Of a stretch of 64,000 nt of DNA, positions 1-11,520 are shown piece after piece; position 1 is the first letter of the stretch; each line of letters begins with the position of its first letter. The stretch spans positions 115,940,001-116,004,000 of the forward strand of contig OZ320315.1 of NCBI GenBank assembly GCA_976226885.1. The letters run 5' to 3'. Source of the DNA: Iphione sp. A-MEVVRFRX5. Its lineage: Eukaryota. The notes beneath the pieces were generated by a model. That model saw only the letters and a list, made by a program, of their open reading frames with translations, was not told the DNA's origin and did not search any database. A program made the translations under genes and the position numbers.

Positions 1-657
1 TCCCAAATGTGTTCATCCCGTTTGAGGAGCTTCTCTGGGGTAGAGATTTTATGAAGGTATTTTATGAGGGAGATGCGTGTTTTCTTGGCAGTGGGGGCGT
101 GGGCTATATTAAACATGATGGACTTTTGAACATTAGGTAACTTATTGATTAGAGAATCTGAGAGAAGATAGTAGCGAGTGGTCTAGCACTCCAGGGCCAC
201 CCGGGCGTGGGCTATATTAAACATGATGGACTTTTGAACATTAGGTAACTTATTGATTTCAGAATCTGAGAGAAGATAGTAGCGAGTGGTCCAGTGCTCC
301 AGGGCCACCCGCCGCAGTTTTGCTGACTCCAGGAGGTGTGCCTGTTCCCACTGCACACGGGGCTGTGAGGTAGCACCGCCACACTTGTGATCTGCTTTGC
401 ATGGACAGTAACACACATCACAAAGTTTCCGGCAGGATAGCTCTTTTGCAAGGTGCAGGTTGTACACCTGCTGGGCTTGAGGAAGGTCAAAGTCCCAGCC
501 AGGGAACTACACACGGGCCACCCGCGCTACCTCCAGCTCATTGTAGAAGGGAGGGTGATTGTGCAGAGAATCATCAATACGTTGACCTGGTTCATAGGTC
601 AGCACAATTGGATGATCTGCTGGCAAGAGGTCAGGGGAAGTGGTGCGAGGACGTGAG
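1..657 (-). pseudogene. Accessory gene family 'Y' (CxxC-x6-H-x-C plus helical C-terminal domain), disrupted, runs off the window edge
   Basis: ORF 183..467 HLAKELSCRKLCDVCYCPCKADHKC; near-identical to 40749..41392; internal 108 bp tandem duplication. Confidence 0.6.
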
Positions 658-1830
658 TTGCCCTTCTTGCAGGCACGCTTTGGTGTGGCAGGGGTGGGGT
701 CCTGGAGAGGTGGAGGAGTGACAGATGCAGGAGGAGAAGGAAATCTGCAGCAGGAAGAGGGGATTGATGGCTAGTAGGTGAGGGGTGTGCAGAGGTGCAC
801 AGAGTGGGTGATGGGGAATCCCGAACTGAGGGATCAGGCGAGGGTTCGCAATAGGGTGGGCATGGGGGAGGAGTGGCAGACTGGAAAATGTTTACGTCCA
901 AGAGGGGGGTTCGTATAGGAGTATCCCACACCCAAAGGGCCTGGGGTGGGTGAAGGCGTGCGGTCAGCCCCAGACGAGGTAGTCGCCGTCCAGGCTAGCT
1001 CCTCCCCAGAGAGCCCATCCAAGGCCCACAGGAAAAGGTTCCTGGACCCTGCAGAAGGTTGGGCAGGTGCCTGCTGGGCTGAGGCTGAAGTAGAGGGATG
1101 GTTAGTAGAGGTGGGAGAAGGAGGATGGGAACTTCCTCCATGATTGGATGCAGGCAGAGACAACTGACCAGAGGCAATGTCCTGGTCCATGAGCGACAGC
1201 ATCAGTAGGTCTGCCATAGAGGCGATGGGCCCTGAGATCCAGGCAGCTGCGGCATTGTCTCATCCGTCACTGTTCTTCCCTGAGGATGCTGCCTCCACTG
1301 CCCGATCCAGTGTAGTCACTGCCTCGTGGCCGGAAAGTGGTGTGTTTGCCTCAGAAATGATGAAGTCAGCCCACGCGAAGGGAGACATGCACACTGACAG
1401 AGCATCGGAGCTAAGGAGGAAAAGTGAAATAGTGTGGGTAAGGTGAAATGTGTTGTAATATACCTGAATTTGCTGTTAATGTAAGATGAATCTTTGTGAC
1501 TATGGGTTGGGCTGTCTGAAGTGGGATAAAGTGGGCCAGGATTGAAAATATATTGGTTGAATTCAGGGTGTTGGTCTAGGGATGACGAAGAGTAGGTCAA
1601 TGCTTCTTGCATTGGCAAGAAGCGGGGTGGGAAGTTTCTCGTATATAACTCCGAGGTTTTGTCGAAGGACATAAGTAGGGTGTGTACCTGGGATGACGAG
1701 TATGAGGAGCAGCAGGACGAGCGTTTCCATGCCGACCTGAAATGATATGGGTTAGTTTCTCGATAATGTTAGCGTAAAAAGGACTTGTCATTTTTGTATG
1801 TGTATTTTCATCCTGAAATACTGAAGAAAA
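599..1830 (-). pseudogene. Accessory gene family 'V' (Pro/Ser-rich, probably spliced)
   Basis: DLLMLSLMDQDIASGQLSLPA and GYSYTNPPLGRKH motifs shared with 30756..31400; related motifs at 24427..24765 and 43130..44046; candidate GT/AG sites near 1686 and 1412 join in frame. Confidence 0.5.
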
Positions 1831-1952
1831 AAAAGGGGGGGGCCTGTCAGGTCTCATTTCCAAAGAGTTCACTTCCACATGCTAAAAGGAATTATTCTTC
1901 CACTGAATAACAAGAAGACAATGGCACAGCTTGTTTCAAATTTTTTTTTTTA

Positions 1953-2645
1953 TTAATAGATATCCTTTTCCAAATTAAATAAAACACCTGCCAGGGCCTC
2001 CTCCATCGCCTGCTGCACCGCCCTGAGGGTGCACAGGTGTCCATCATGGTGCCGCAGGGCACGGAGCACCAGTGTGCACAAAAAGTTCCACATCCGGTGG
2101 TCCCCCCGGTGGCGTCCATCCTGCACGAATGCCACCAGCCAGCCCCTCGCGCGGCGGGCAATGTGCGGGTACTGCAATTGGAACGCAGTTGAGTCCGCCA
2201 GCTGAGGTGTAAGGCCCAGTATACTGTCTATTAGGAGGGCCGGCGACCTCGACCTCTGTTCAAGTAGGTGTGGCTGGTGGGCTCCACCGGGAGTGTGTCC
2301 CGCACCCAATTGGATGTAGGGCTGGGTTCGGGGGGGGGGGCGGCAGGGTTCCCCGGGGTGGCGGCGGACAGCGCAGTTTACACAGAACTCCCGGCGCTCC
2401 ACCTCCGTGTTGATGTGGCGGAGGAAGATTGCTTCTGCCTCCTCCTCTGTGAAGGGCCGGCCCGGGTGGCAGAGGTGGAGTACCCTGGCATGCTCCCGAC
2501 CCCTCAAGGCAAATCCATCATGGGGCAAAAAGTTAGTGATGTCATGGCCCGGTTGCCATGAGGGGATGATCACAGTGCCGGGTGAGGGCTCGTTGGCTGG
2601 GGCTGCGTTAGTCCCATGGTCAGGCCCCGCATGGTTCCCAGGCAC
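1953..2645 (-). CDS. Accessory protein family 'Y', open 230 aa copy
   Basis: FCVNCAVRRHPGEPC and WNFLCTLVL...QQAMEEALAGVLFNLEKD, matching 40604..40972 (WDFLCALAL...QQAMEEALSGCLFNLEKD). Confidence 0.65.
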   Translation of the reverse strand: MPGNHAGPDHGTNAAPANEPSPGTVIIPSWQPGHDITNFLPHDGFALRGREHARVLHLCHPGRPFTEEEAEAIFLRHINTEVERREFCVNCAVRRHPGEPCRPPPRTQPYIQLGAGHTPGGAHQPHLLEQRSRSPALLIDSILGLTPQLADSTAFQLQYPHIARRARGWLVAFVQDGRHRGDHRMWNFLCTLVLRALRHHDGHLCTLRAVQQAMEEALAGVLFNLEKDIY

Positions 2646-3303
2646 AGGGGCCTGCTGGTTCTGAGGTTGTTGTTCATCTTGGGGATCTCCGTCCTCGACG
2701 TCAGCCGGAGAGTGGGGGTGGAGGAGAGGGGCGGCGACGTCTTCATCCTCTGCACCGGTGGGAGAGGGGGGGAGATGTCCCCATCCTCTACGTCGGCGGG
2801 GGAGTGGGGGGGAGGGGAGGGAGGGGAACGTCTTCCTCCGTGTCGGAGGGGGGAGGGGGGAGGGAGGGGAATGTCCTCCTCCGTATCGGAGGGGGAATGG
2901 TGGGGGAGGGGAGGGAGGGGAACGTCCTCATCCTCTGTATCTGACAGTATGATTATTCGCATGTCCTCCTCCGTATCGGAATCCGATATGATCATAGGTA
3001 GTTGGGGGTGGTTCTCCACGGTGGGTTGTGGGGCTGTTTGGTTTGGTGGGGCAACCACTGGTAAAACATAGCGGTGGTCGTCCGGGGGGGTCTGCCGGTG
3101 GGCCGGGGGTGGTGGCGCGGGGGTCTGTGCTGGGGGGTGGTTGGCCGGGTTGGCCTCGGGTAGGGCTGGGGGCGAGGCTGGGGGCGGGGTTGGGGTTGAA
3201 CCCAAGCTACCGGAATGTTTTTGCTTGACCTCCGACGAAGGTCTACGGTGGGTTGTTCTGCGAAGGGTGGACGCGCCACCCTTGGTTGTCGATTCTTGGG
3301 CAT
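2570..3303 (-). pseudogene. Pro-rich/acidic accessory ORF with SIM-like motifs, frameshifted
   Basis: Overlapping ORFs 2992..3303 and 2570..3205; MIISDSDTEED, IIILSDTEDED, repeated SDTEED units. Confidence 0.45.
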
Positions 3304-3382
3304 GGGTGGCCTGCGAGAAGATGAGGGGATTGGTGGGAAAAGGGCAGAGACATCATGGGCAGAGGTGCTGGGTTGCGGGGAA

Positions 3383-4261
3383 CTAGGTGGTAGGAAGGTG
3401 GACGGATCCTGGGTTGATGTGCTGGGTTGTGGTGTGGAGGGACGGGCTTGGGTTTGGGACGCGGGCTGCTCCGGGGGGGGGTTGCTCCGTGTCTGCTGTG
3501 GTGTTGGGCTCTAACCAGGCTAGAAGTGTCAACAAGCTGTCCTCTACCTCCGAGTCGCTCATTGCGCACATGGAGGATTCCAGTGTAATGGGAGTGAAAG
3601 GGTTATAGGTTGGGCTGGTGGGGCGGGGAGACCGTAGTTCCATTGAGGGTGCGAGGTTGAGAGTGGGTGATGGTAGGGGGTTTGGGTGGTGTGTTGTATG
3701 GTTCATCACACAATTAGGGGCCTCTGACAGTGTGATGGGAGAGGGCAGGTTATAAGTTGCGGTGTTGAGGCAGGAGGACAGTTGCCTTGTGGTGGGTGGG
3801 GTGAGTGGCAGGGGGGTTGTTGGGTGGGGGAGGTTTGTGATTGCAGGGAGCTCCAGTGGCATGGGAGAAGAGGGGTTTGACGTGGACGTGCCTAGCTGGG
3901 GAGATGATGGGCACATGGGGGGTGGAGGGGTGGGGTTGGGTGGGGGTGGGAGTGGGTGGGCGGGGGCTGGAGGGGTGGGATCATCCAGTGGGAAGAAGGT
4001 GGAGGGGTCCGCCGTGGAGGTGCTCGGTTGGGGGGAGAATGGACGAGTGGGGGATGCTGTGATGGTCGTCGCGGCTGCGTGGGAGGGGCCGGCAGCGGCA
4101 GGTGTGGGACGAGTGCATCCCATCACCCTGTCGATGAGGGAGATCATGTCCCCCATCAATCCTGAGTAACTGGCACCCCGGCGAGTCAGGGTTGTTCTTA
4201 TTGCCCTCTCAACCTCCTGTACAATGGTGTTCACCGGGGTTGTTGATTTGTTGTTGGCCAT
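3383..4261 (-). CDS. Pro/Thr-rich 292 aa ORF of unknown function inside the LTR element
   Basis: Open ORF with helical-looking N-terminus (IVQEVERAIRTTL), colinear with neighbouring accessory genes. Confidence 0.4.
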   Translation of the reverse strand: MANNKSTTPVNTIVQEVERAIRTTLTRRGASYSGLMGDMISLIDRVMGCTRPTPAAAGPSHAAATTITASPTRPFSPQPSTSTADPSTFFPLDDPTPPAPAHPLPPPPNPTPPPPMCPSSPQLGTSTSNPSSPMPLELPAITNLPHPTTPLPLTPPTTRQLSSCLNTATYNLPSPITLSEAPNCVMNHTTHHPNPLPSPTLNLAPSMELRSPRPTSPTYNPFTPITLESSMCAMSDSEVEDSLLTLLAWLEPNTTADTEQPPPGAARVPNPSPSLHTTTQHINPGSVHLPTT

Positions 4262-4299
4262 TATGTCTGAAATGTGGTATCATATGGTACCTGTGAAAG

Positions 4300-4790
4300 G
4301 GTGTGTATGTTGGTTTTATAAATAGAAAGCGTGTAAAAGTAGTGGGTTTGAGGGAAAAAGTGTCTCAAACTGAGGGTTTTATAAATAAAAGGTGTGTAAA
4401 AGTAGTGGGTTTGAGGGAAAAAGTGTCTCAAACTGAGGGTTTTATAAATAAAAGGTGTGTAAAAGTAGTGGGTTTGAGGGAAAAAGTGTCTCAAACTGAG
4501 GGTTTTTATAAATAAAAAGTGTGTAAAAGTAGTGGGTTTGAGGGAAAAAGTGTCTCAAACTGAGGGTTTTATAAATAAAAGGTGTGTAAAAGTAGTGGGT
4601 TTGAGGGAAAAAGTGTCTCAAACTGAGGGTTTTTATAAATAAAAAGTGTGTAAAAGTAGTGGGTTTGAGGGAAAACGTGTCTCAAACTGAGGGTTTTATA
4701 AATAAAAAGCGTGTAAAAGTAGTGGGTTTGAGGGAAAAAGTGTCTCAAACTGAGGGTTTTTATAAATAAAAAGTGTGTAAAAGTAGTGGA
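4300..4790. repeat. Tandem array, 63-64 bp unit, about 7.5 copies
   Basis: GTGTAAAAGTAGTGG starts at 4331, 4394, 4457, 4521, 4584, 4648, 4711, 4775. Confidence 0.95.
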
Positions 4791-5339
4791 TTCTAAAAGG
4801 TAGTAGTCTAATGTTGTGGACTTGGGTGGGGAGAGGGGAAAGAAAAGGGGGTGTGGTTGGAAATACCTGATAAAGGTTTTTGAAATATGGTTTGGCACAC
4901 AGTAAATTAGATATTCCTTCATTTTTGATGTACAAGTAAAAGGTTTATATATGTAAAAGGCACTTACCAGTTTTTAGGTGTTGTTTTTGTGGAGAAAGGG
5001 TGCTGGCACTCTGTGTGTAGAGGTGTAGTCAGTTGTTATGTTTTCCTTTTTGGTTAAATATCCCTTTTGTTCTTTGAGAGATTTTTTGTATTTTCCTTTC
5101 CTGATATATGTAGGTATAGGAGAGATGTGGTCAGTTCTGTGACTTGGACAGAAGTGGGGTTGAGGGTTATGTGTAGGGTTAGTTTAAAAATTTCGTTTGA
5201 AGGGAAAGAAGTAATTAAGGGGGGTATGGTCATAAAGTTGGATGAAGTTTATTGTACTCCCATTGTGGGCCCACCCTGGATGCTCTCTTAGGTGAGTCTA
5301 TCTCACACCTCCCCATGAGCGCCACCCCCCAACCACCTG

Positions 5340-5645
5340 CTTTGCGTCGCGTTTCAACCGCTTCCCCCAGCACGCATGCACAAACACACACACATACTTT
5401 CCCACGACTATGACAATGCCCTGCGTCGAGCCTCGACTGCCTCCCCCAGCACGCACGCACAAACACACACACACTCCATCCGGTTTTTCGGTTTTATGCC
5501 TGAATATGACCTCGCAGAATGCGAAATTTCCATCATTTCAGGCAGTTATGCCCTAATATCATCCAATTTTATCATTTTTCAGGCATATATTCCCAAATTT
5601 TGATCTTTGACAACGCTCTGCGTCGAGTTTCGACCGCCTCTCCTG
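5340..5645. repeat. Short imperfect repeat (GCGTCG...CCCCCAGCACGCA-(CA)n), 2 full copies and 1 partial
   Basis: Copies near 5343, 5421 and 5619. Confidence 0.6.
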
Positions 5646-6029
5646 GTACCCCTACCCCAATTTCGTGCGAACTTAAGGGATGGGTGCCAGGACGATTGTT
5701 ATTTCCGGTTGGTGGCGAATCGTGATGCTATGAGGAATATAATCGGATTTTAGCAAAAACCCTGGCAATTTTCAACGAAATAACAACAAAACTCAGGTGA
5801 ATTCGTCAAAAAGACATCAAAACTAAGGCATTGTCGTCCGAAAATCCGGGAAACTCAGGTGAATTCGTCCGAAAAGTCGTCAAAACCCAGGCATAATCGT
5901 CCGAAAAGCACCATAACTGAGGTAAGTTTCCCCGAAAATCCGGGGAAACTGAGGTATTTCGTTTGAATACTTGCGAAACTGAGGAAATTTTGATTGAGTT
6001 TTGGCTAAACTGAGACATTTTTGCATTGA

Positions 6030-6480
6030 ATTTGGTCAAATCCAGGGGTTTTTGTGTGAGTTTTGACAAAACTGGTGTGGATTTGTGTAGAAAATTGGCA
6101 AAATTCAGGGGTTTCTGTGTGAGTTTTGGCAAAACTGGGGTGGATTTGTATAGAAAATTGGCAAAATTTGGGGGTTTTTGTGTGAGTTTTAACAAAACTG
6201 GGGTGGATTTGTGTAGAAAATTGGCAAAATTTGGGGGTTTTTGTGTGAGTTTTAACAAAACTGGAGTGGATTTGTATAGAAAATTGTCAAAATTCAGGAG
6301 TTTTTGTGTGAGTTTTGGCAAAACTGGGGTGGATTTGTATAGAAAATTGGCAAAATTTGGGGGTTTTTGTGTGAGTTTTAACAAAACTGGGGTGGATTTG
6401 TATAGAAAATTGGCAGAATTTTGGGGGGTTTTTGTGTGAGTTTTAGCAAAGCTGGGGTGGATTTGTATAGAAAATTTGGG
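6030..6480. repeat. Tandem array, 63 bp unit, about 7 copies
   Basis: Unit GGGGTTTTTGTGTGAGTTTTAACAAAACTGGGGTGGATTTGTATAGAAAATTGGCAAAATT; appears as a 21 aa period in the ORF track. Confidence 0.95.
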
Positions 6481-6705
6481 AAAGTTCTGTCCCTTAATTA
6501 CCCGAAACTGAGGTGTAGCCATATACCTGTCATAACTGTTAAGCCAATTTGGCTTTTTGATTCATATCCTTTTTTGTGGCCGATACATGTATACTGGGTT
6601 GAATAAAGACATCATTTGCTAATTACGAATACTTTAATAAACCTGAGTTTCGACATACAATCAAGAAAAAGAATTCTTCAAAAGTGTGCTATTAAAACTG
6701 TCATT

Positions 6706-7250
6706 CTACAGTTGAATATGGAATATGGAATATGGACATGGAATACCTGCCATGATGATATTTGTTTGCGGGACAGTGGAGGAGTAGCAGGATGTGTAGG
6801 TGAGTACCGCCTTTACCGCTGCCTGCCTATGGATGTCAGCAGGAGGGGATGGGACTGCCTGACGTTGGTAGTTGTTCAGTGTCACCAAAATGAGAGCGTC
6901 CCATGCAGGCAGGAAGTGTGTTGGGAGGTCCGGCTCCTTGCGGGTGCGAAAATAGTTAGTAATCAATTGTATCACCCCCAGTTGTACAAGGGGGCAGTCC
7001 AGGTTAAAGAACTGCCCCTCCTGCCAGGTGGGCAGGATGACTCCCATGTACGTATCAGTTGTCAATGCCAATCAGTTCAACATCAGGAGTCGCTCTTGGG
7101 GGTTTATGTCAGGGTGCCAGATCCCCGTTCTTTGGCCAAACAGTACCCCGATGAGGACAGGGTCACAGTCCACAAGGGTTGGCTTCTCCCCCTGCAAAAT
7201 GGACTGGGCCCTCATCATGGCTCTGGTATAACGTCCCATCATGATCTGAA
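6706..7250 (-). pseudogene. Accessory family 'X' copy (X3)
   Basis: GIWHPDI...GVILPTWQEGQFFNLDCPLVQL...EPDLPTHFLPAWDAL...RQAAVKAV, one internal stop. Confidence 0.65.
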
Positions 7251-7331
7251 GTAAAAGTGTTTTTTTGAAAATAACTGCTAATGGGTTAGGGAGTCTGTGG
7301 AGGTGGATGAGGGGGGGAAACGGCCTGAAGA

Positions 7332-7986
7332 CTACCGTGGTCGTGGGTTGCGTGTGTCATGAACTAAAACAATATAGGGCAGGGGCGTGCATGAACTTAG
7401 GTGGAGGGGTCCGGGGGAGGGGTGAGACATTCCGGGGATGTTAATGGTTCTGTTCCACTCATCATCATCATAGGTGGGGAGTGGGGGGTACAGTCCTCCG
7501 TTTAGAAGGTGTAGGGTGACCAGGTGGCCTGACCCTGTTTTCCGCATATACGCATGCAGGCCTTGTACTGCCACCTCACACACATAGTCACTGGCTGCAG
7601 ACAAGCGGGCTGTCCTCCTCATGGCTGCGAGGGCCTCCGTGGCCAGCTGGTCCCATACGGGGTAAAACCGTGCTGGGAGCAGTGGTTCTTGGGCGGTCCT
7701 TATGTAGCGGGCAAGGATCCGCACCACGGAGAGCTGCACCAAGGGGTGAGCTCAGATTGATGAACGCCCTCCTCCAGGGGAGAATGACTGCCCCGAGGGA
7801 TGCCGTGTGGTACGACATATGCTGGAGTAGTTGGTATCGGCCGAGGGGCATCACCGAGGGATGTCTCAGTCCTTTGTCGGGCTGGTAGAGGGCGAGGCTC
7901 ACCCGAGGCATACAGTCCTCCAGTTCAGGCGCCCCTCCCTCCTGGAGGCGCCCAATCCTTGCAGACACCTCTGCATATGTGGTCAT
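7332..7986 (-). pseudogene. Accessory family 'X' copy (X2), frameshifted
   Basis: DKGLRHPSV...GAVILPWRRAFINLSSP (7588..7986) continues as VQLSVVRILARY...EPLLPARFYPVWDQL (7332..7742). Confidence 0.65.
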
Positions 7987-9626
7987 TTCTGGAGAAAAAA
8001 GGTGAACAGTTAAATGGGGTCTTGTTCGATGGGAGTATGTTTTACTGTCCCTTCAGATAAAGACGTGGTGGGTGTGGATTGTGAGGGAGACACAGGGGAT
8101 GTGGTTGCTCTGTTCCCAATGCATTTGTTGTACTGTGCCTTTTCCTGGCCCTTTTCTTTTAGGTTGGGGGTTTCCATTGCAACCACATTCCCGAGAGGGG
8201 GGGGGTGCGAGGGTAACTAAAATGCAACAAAATATATCTTCAGCCTATGTGTCCTTCGTGGTAGAGGGGTCATGTGTGACCACTATTGGTTGGAGGATCC
8301 AGACTGTTTAGATGAGGTCATTGTTTACATGATAACAGCTGTGGGTTGGTAGGGGTGTTGGAGGAAAAGACGTGGCCGAAAAATGCGTACGTGTCTCCGG
8401 CTGTGGGTAATTGGTTTCATCAGTTCTGCGAGAGAGAAGGAGCGGAGAGCACTAGGTTGGAGGCAAAAGAAAAAATGGATCCAAGACCGTCTTGCTGGGA
8501 GTGGGTGCTGGTGTTCGTGATGGCGGCATGGACAGCCATACAATGGGAGATTAGGGAGGACGTTTCCCTTGAGGGTAAGCTTTTGCTGTTTTTGACTCCC
8601 TATCTGGTGTTGTCTGCTGGGGTGGGGTGAGTGGTGTCTTTGGTATGTAGTTAGCTGCCCGAGAGGGGGGGGGGTGGGTATGGGAGGGCAGGCTTCATAC
8701 CTTTTTTGTATTTTAAGGGCAGTGCTCTTGTACTAATTGGCTTCTCTGTTCCCCTTACAGAGATCGTAGTGGTGACTGAAAGGGAGAGGGACATCCGTAG
8801 CCGTCATTCACCGGGGAGGAGAAGCAGCATTCTTTGAAGATGTCAGCCCTGGCAAGGGAGAGCATCCGCATGGACGCATGAGTGTGTGCAGTAGATTTTC
8901 CTCTAGAAACCGCTACAGCCATATACCTGGTGAATCCTGTTGCCTCTTTAATGTATTACTAGTGTGTTAAGAGCGAATAAATTAATTTCGTTAAGTTTTG
9001 TGTTTCTATTCTTCCATTCAGTTAAGTTTTTCTTTATGGTGAAGGGTATAATTAAATTTTTCAGAAACCATTTTGTGATGGATCCATCTTTTATTCATTG
9101 CTTAAGACAACAATTTTACCACAACATGTATATATATAGATATCCACAACTAGAAGAGAAGCGGGTATTTTAGGCAAAACAGATCATCCGAAGTAAGAGA
9201 AAAAGATATGTTATTTTAGTAGATGTGCCATTGATAATAAGAGTGTTCATAGTGAAGACGCTATCATTGATATCCGTCTAAGATGGTATCTATAGGCCGC
9301 TAAAGCGAGCATATGGTTTGGTGATAATACACAGACAGCTCTGTGCAGATAGTCCGAATGATGGGGCCCTCGACCCAGCTGCATGACCTCACTCGGGTCA
9401 AGTTTGTTTGCTTGTTAAAGGTAGGTGCTGTCCCTCTTGGGGTGAGAGGGGGGTTCAGGCCACAGATGGTGGCCAGGTGTCTTAAACCGTTGGTGAGAGT
9501 CCTTTCCTTTTACGTGAACAAGTGCAGTTACCAATAGTCTTTTTAAAGATAAAATTACTACTACTACAGTTCTTCAGCGTCCTTCATTGTCCGTGGGGCG
9601 TGCCATGTCGGAGACCAAGAGTTCAT

Positions 9627-10415
9627 TCAGGGGGATCCACTTTGCATTGATTCATACTCCCAGTCCTCCTCAGCATGGAGGGGTATGGCATGCAGGGTAT
9701 GGGTGCACCTGTGGGGCTCGGATGACAAGGGGCCGGCGGCTGGAGTACCTTGCCCCTGCCTGTCTGGGTTGCAGCCCGAGGTTTCCGTGCGATGGGATTG
9801 TTTGCCCTTCCTGTGCCATTTGGGGGTACGGGGCTGATGGCGGCGGGTGTGGTGACGTCCATCTCTTGCGGGGGCCATGGTCCGGCGCCCGGGTGATGGT
9901 GATCTGTCCGAGCGGGAGGTGGACCTTTCCCTGGAGCGAGGCGCCGGGGTTGTATGCTGTTGGGATGTCCCGTCCTGGCGGGGTGAAGTGGGTTCGGCGA
10001 AGTGTCGGAACAAACCCGCCACCAGGATATCCATACGGGGAATTACATCGGCGGTTCGCTTTATATACTTCCCGAGAGCTTTGACCGCCGCCTCCCTGTA
10101 CACGCCCGTGGATAGACAGCAGCCCTTGGCAGACCGGTACTCGCACAGGGCCATAGTGACAAGGCTGTCCCAGGCTGGGAAAAATCTGGGTGGCATGCGA
10201 GGATGGTGGCGCTCCCTGAGGTAGTCTATCAGCATTTGGACCACTCTGGACTGGGCAACCGGGTAATGCAGATCGTAGAAGTGGCCATCCCAGGGGTAGA
10301 GTACCATGCCCAGGGCATCCACAGTAAAGGAGAGGTGCCACATGAGTTGGTGTCGGTACCTGTCCGAGACGTCGGGGTGACGGAGCCCCCTGTCGGCCTT
10401 GAAGAGGAAGGGCAT
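9627..10415 (-). CDS. Accessory family 'X' copy (X1) with Arg/Ser/Pro-rich tail
   Basis: DRGLRHPDV...GMVLYPWDGHFYDLHYPVAQ...FFPAWDSLVTMAL...REAAVKAL. Confidence 0.7.
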   Translation of the reverse strand: MPFLFKADRGLRHPDVSDRYRHQLMWHLSFTVDALGMVLYPWDGHFYDLHYPVAQSRVVQMLIDYLRERHHPRMPPRFFPAWDSLVTMALCEYRSAKGCCLSTGVYREAAVKALGKYIKRTADVIPRMDILVAGLFRHFAEPTSPRQDGTSQQHTTPAPRSRERSTSRSDRSPSPGRRTMAPARDGRHHTRRHQPRTPKWHRKGKQSHRTETSGCNPDRQGQGTPAAGPLSSEPHRCTHTLHAIPLHAEEDWEYESMQSGSP

Positions 10416-11229
10416 AAGGACCGGAATGCAGTCCGCTGGGGTTGGTAGGTCCCCTTACAGAAGAAGGCTTTCCCGGTCCCGGATCCGCATATGGCGGTCG
10501 GCCATGACCTGTGAATATTTGAAGTAGAGAGATGTGAGAGATCTCCCTAGAAATTTATACAATTTTGAAGGGGGTTTTAATGGGAGTCATGGTGGGGGGT
10601 GGGGGTGGGGGTCCCTGATTCGGAGTGAGGCTCTTATGGGTGGGGTGGAGGGGGGGGCGGGTAGGGGAAAGTCCCATTCGTGGTGCTGGGTACTGATGTG
10701 TCCTTTTCCTTGTATAGGTTAATTGAAACCAATGATTTTGGATGGAAAGTTCCCATGTGTGGTGCATAAAGGAGGAACCCTTCTCAGAGGAATGAGAAAC
10801 ATTGATTGTTAGCTAGCCAGTGGCAGATTGTGTCTTGGCTCTGTAGGGGAAGTTAGAATCTGGATGGCGTACCCTCATTTGGAAATTTTGATGTTCAAGT
10901 GCTTGTGTGAATTGTTTTGTTGCCTACTTGACAGAGCGGAGGTAGCTAGTCTCCGGTACTGTTTTCCAGGTCATTCCAAGGGTTAGTTGTTTTATTCTCA
11001 TTACCTTTTTATTCACAGGTGAAAGGTAGGACCCAAAGGTGAGAGGAAGCCAGTTATTTGTTATCTTATACTCAGTTTCTGTTCCAATTGGTACTGTTTT
11101 CATTTTCCCTTTTTCTGTAAGAGATTTATTATTGACGTACTGCTTTCTTCGATGCCTTTTTGTTTTCTCATTCCCTTGAATCACATGTACTTCTTGTGGA
11201 GGTCCTTCTTAGTGTTCTTATCATAATTG

Positions 11230-11520
11230 CTTTTTGTTCCATGCTTCAGGTCTCTCACCCATGTTACTGTGTTATAATGAAGGGGGAGGGTTGATGCTGG
11301 TTTGATTATGAACATTTCCTCCCTACAGGGTTCTACCTTCATTTATTGATTTTATAAGTTGTGGCTTTTTCTATTCTGGCTACTCTCATCCTAGTCCCTT
11401 ACTTCCTTGAACAAGCTTTATCTCAGAAAAACAAGAGGGTATAAATAGAGATGATTGACTGTATTTGCCATCTTAGGATGCCTCCCCTTTACATTGAGTA
11501 CAATCAAAACGTATACCTCT
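11230..11520 (-). pseudogene. Degenerate retropepsin-like aspartic protease
   Basis: Across frameshifts reads VLIVLNVKGRHPKMA-NT-SQSSLFIP...IKLVQGS, resembling V.G....lvDTGS..S.I; catalytic D not intact; follows gag. Confidence 0.35.

Noticed and set aside
2616-4169. Long Gly-rich plus-strand ORFs
   Set aside because: Antisense shadows of C-rich, Pro-rich minus-strand ORFs.
4261-6522. ORFs with repeated peptides (e.g. 5806..6522, 4569..4922)
   Set aside because: By-products of 63 bp tandem DNA; open on both strands, with no non-repeat protein features.
10924-11184. Possible dUTPase after the protease
   Set aside because: Only a vague TVPIGTE resemblance; the conserved dUTPase motifs were not found.
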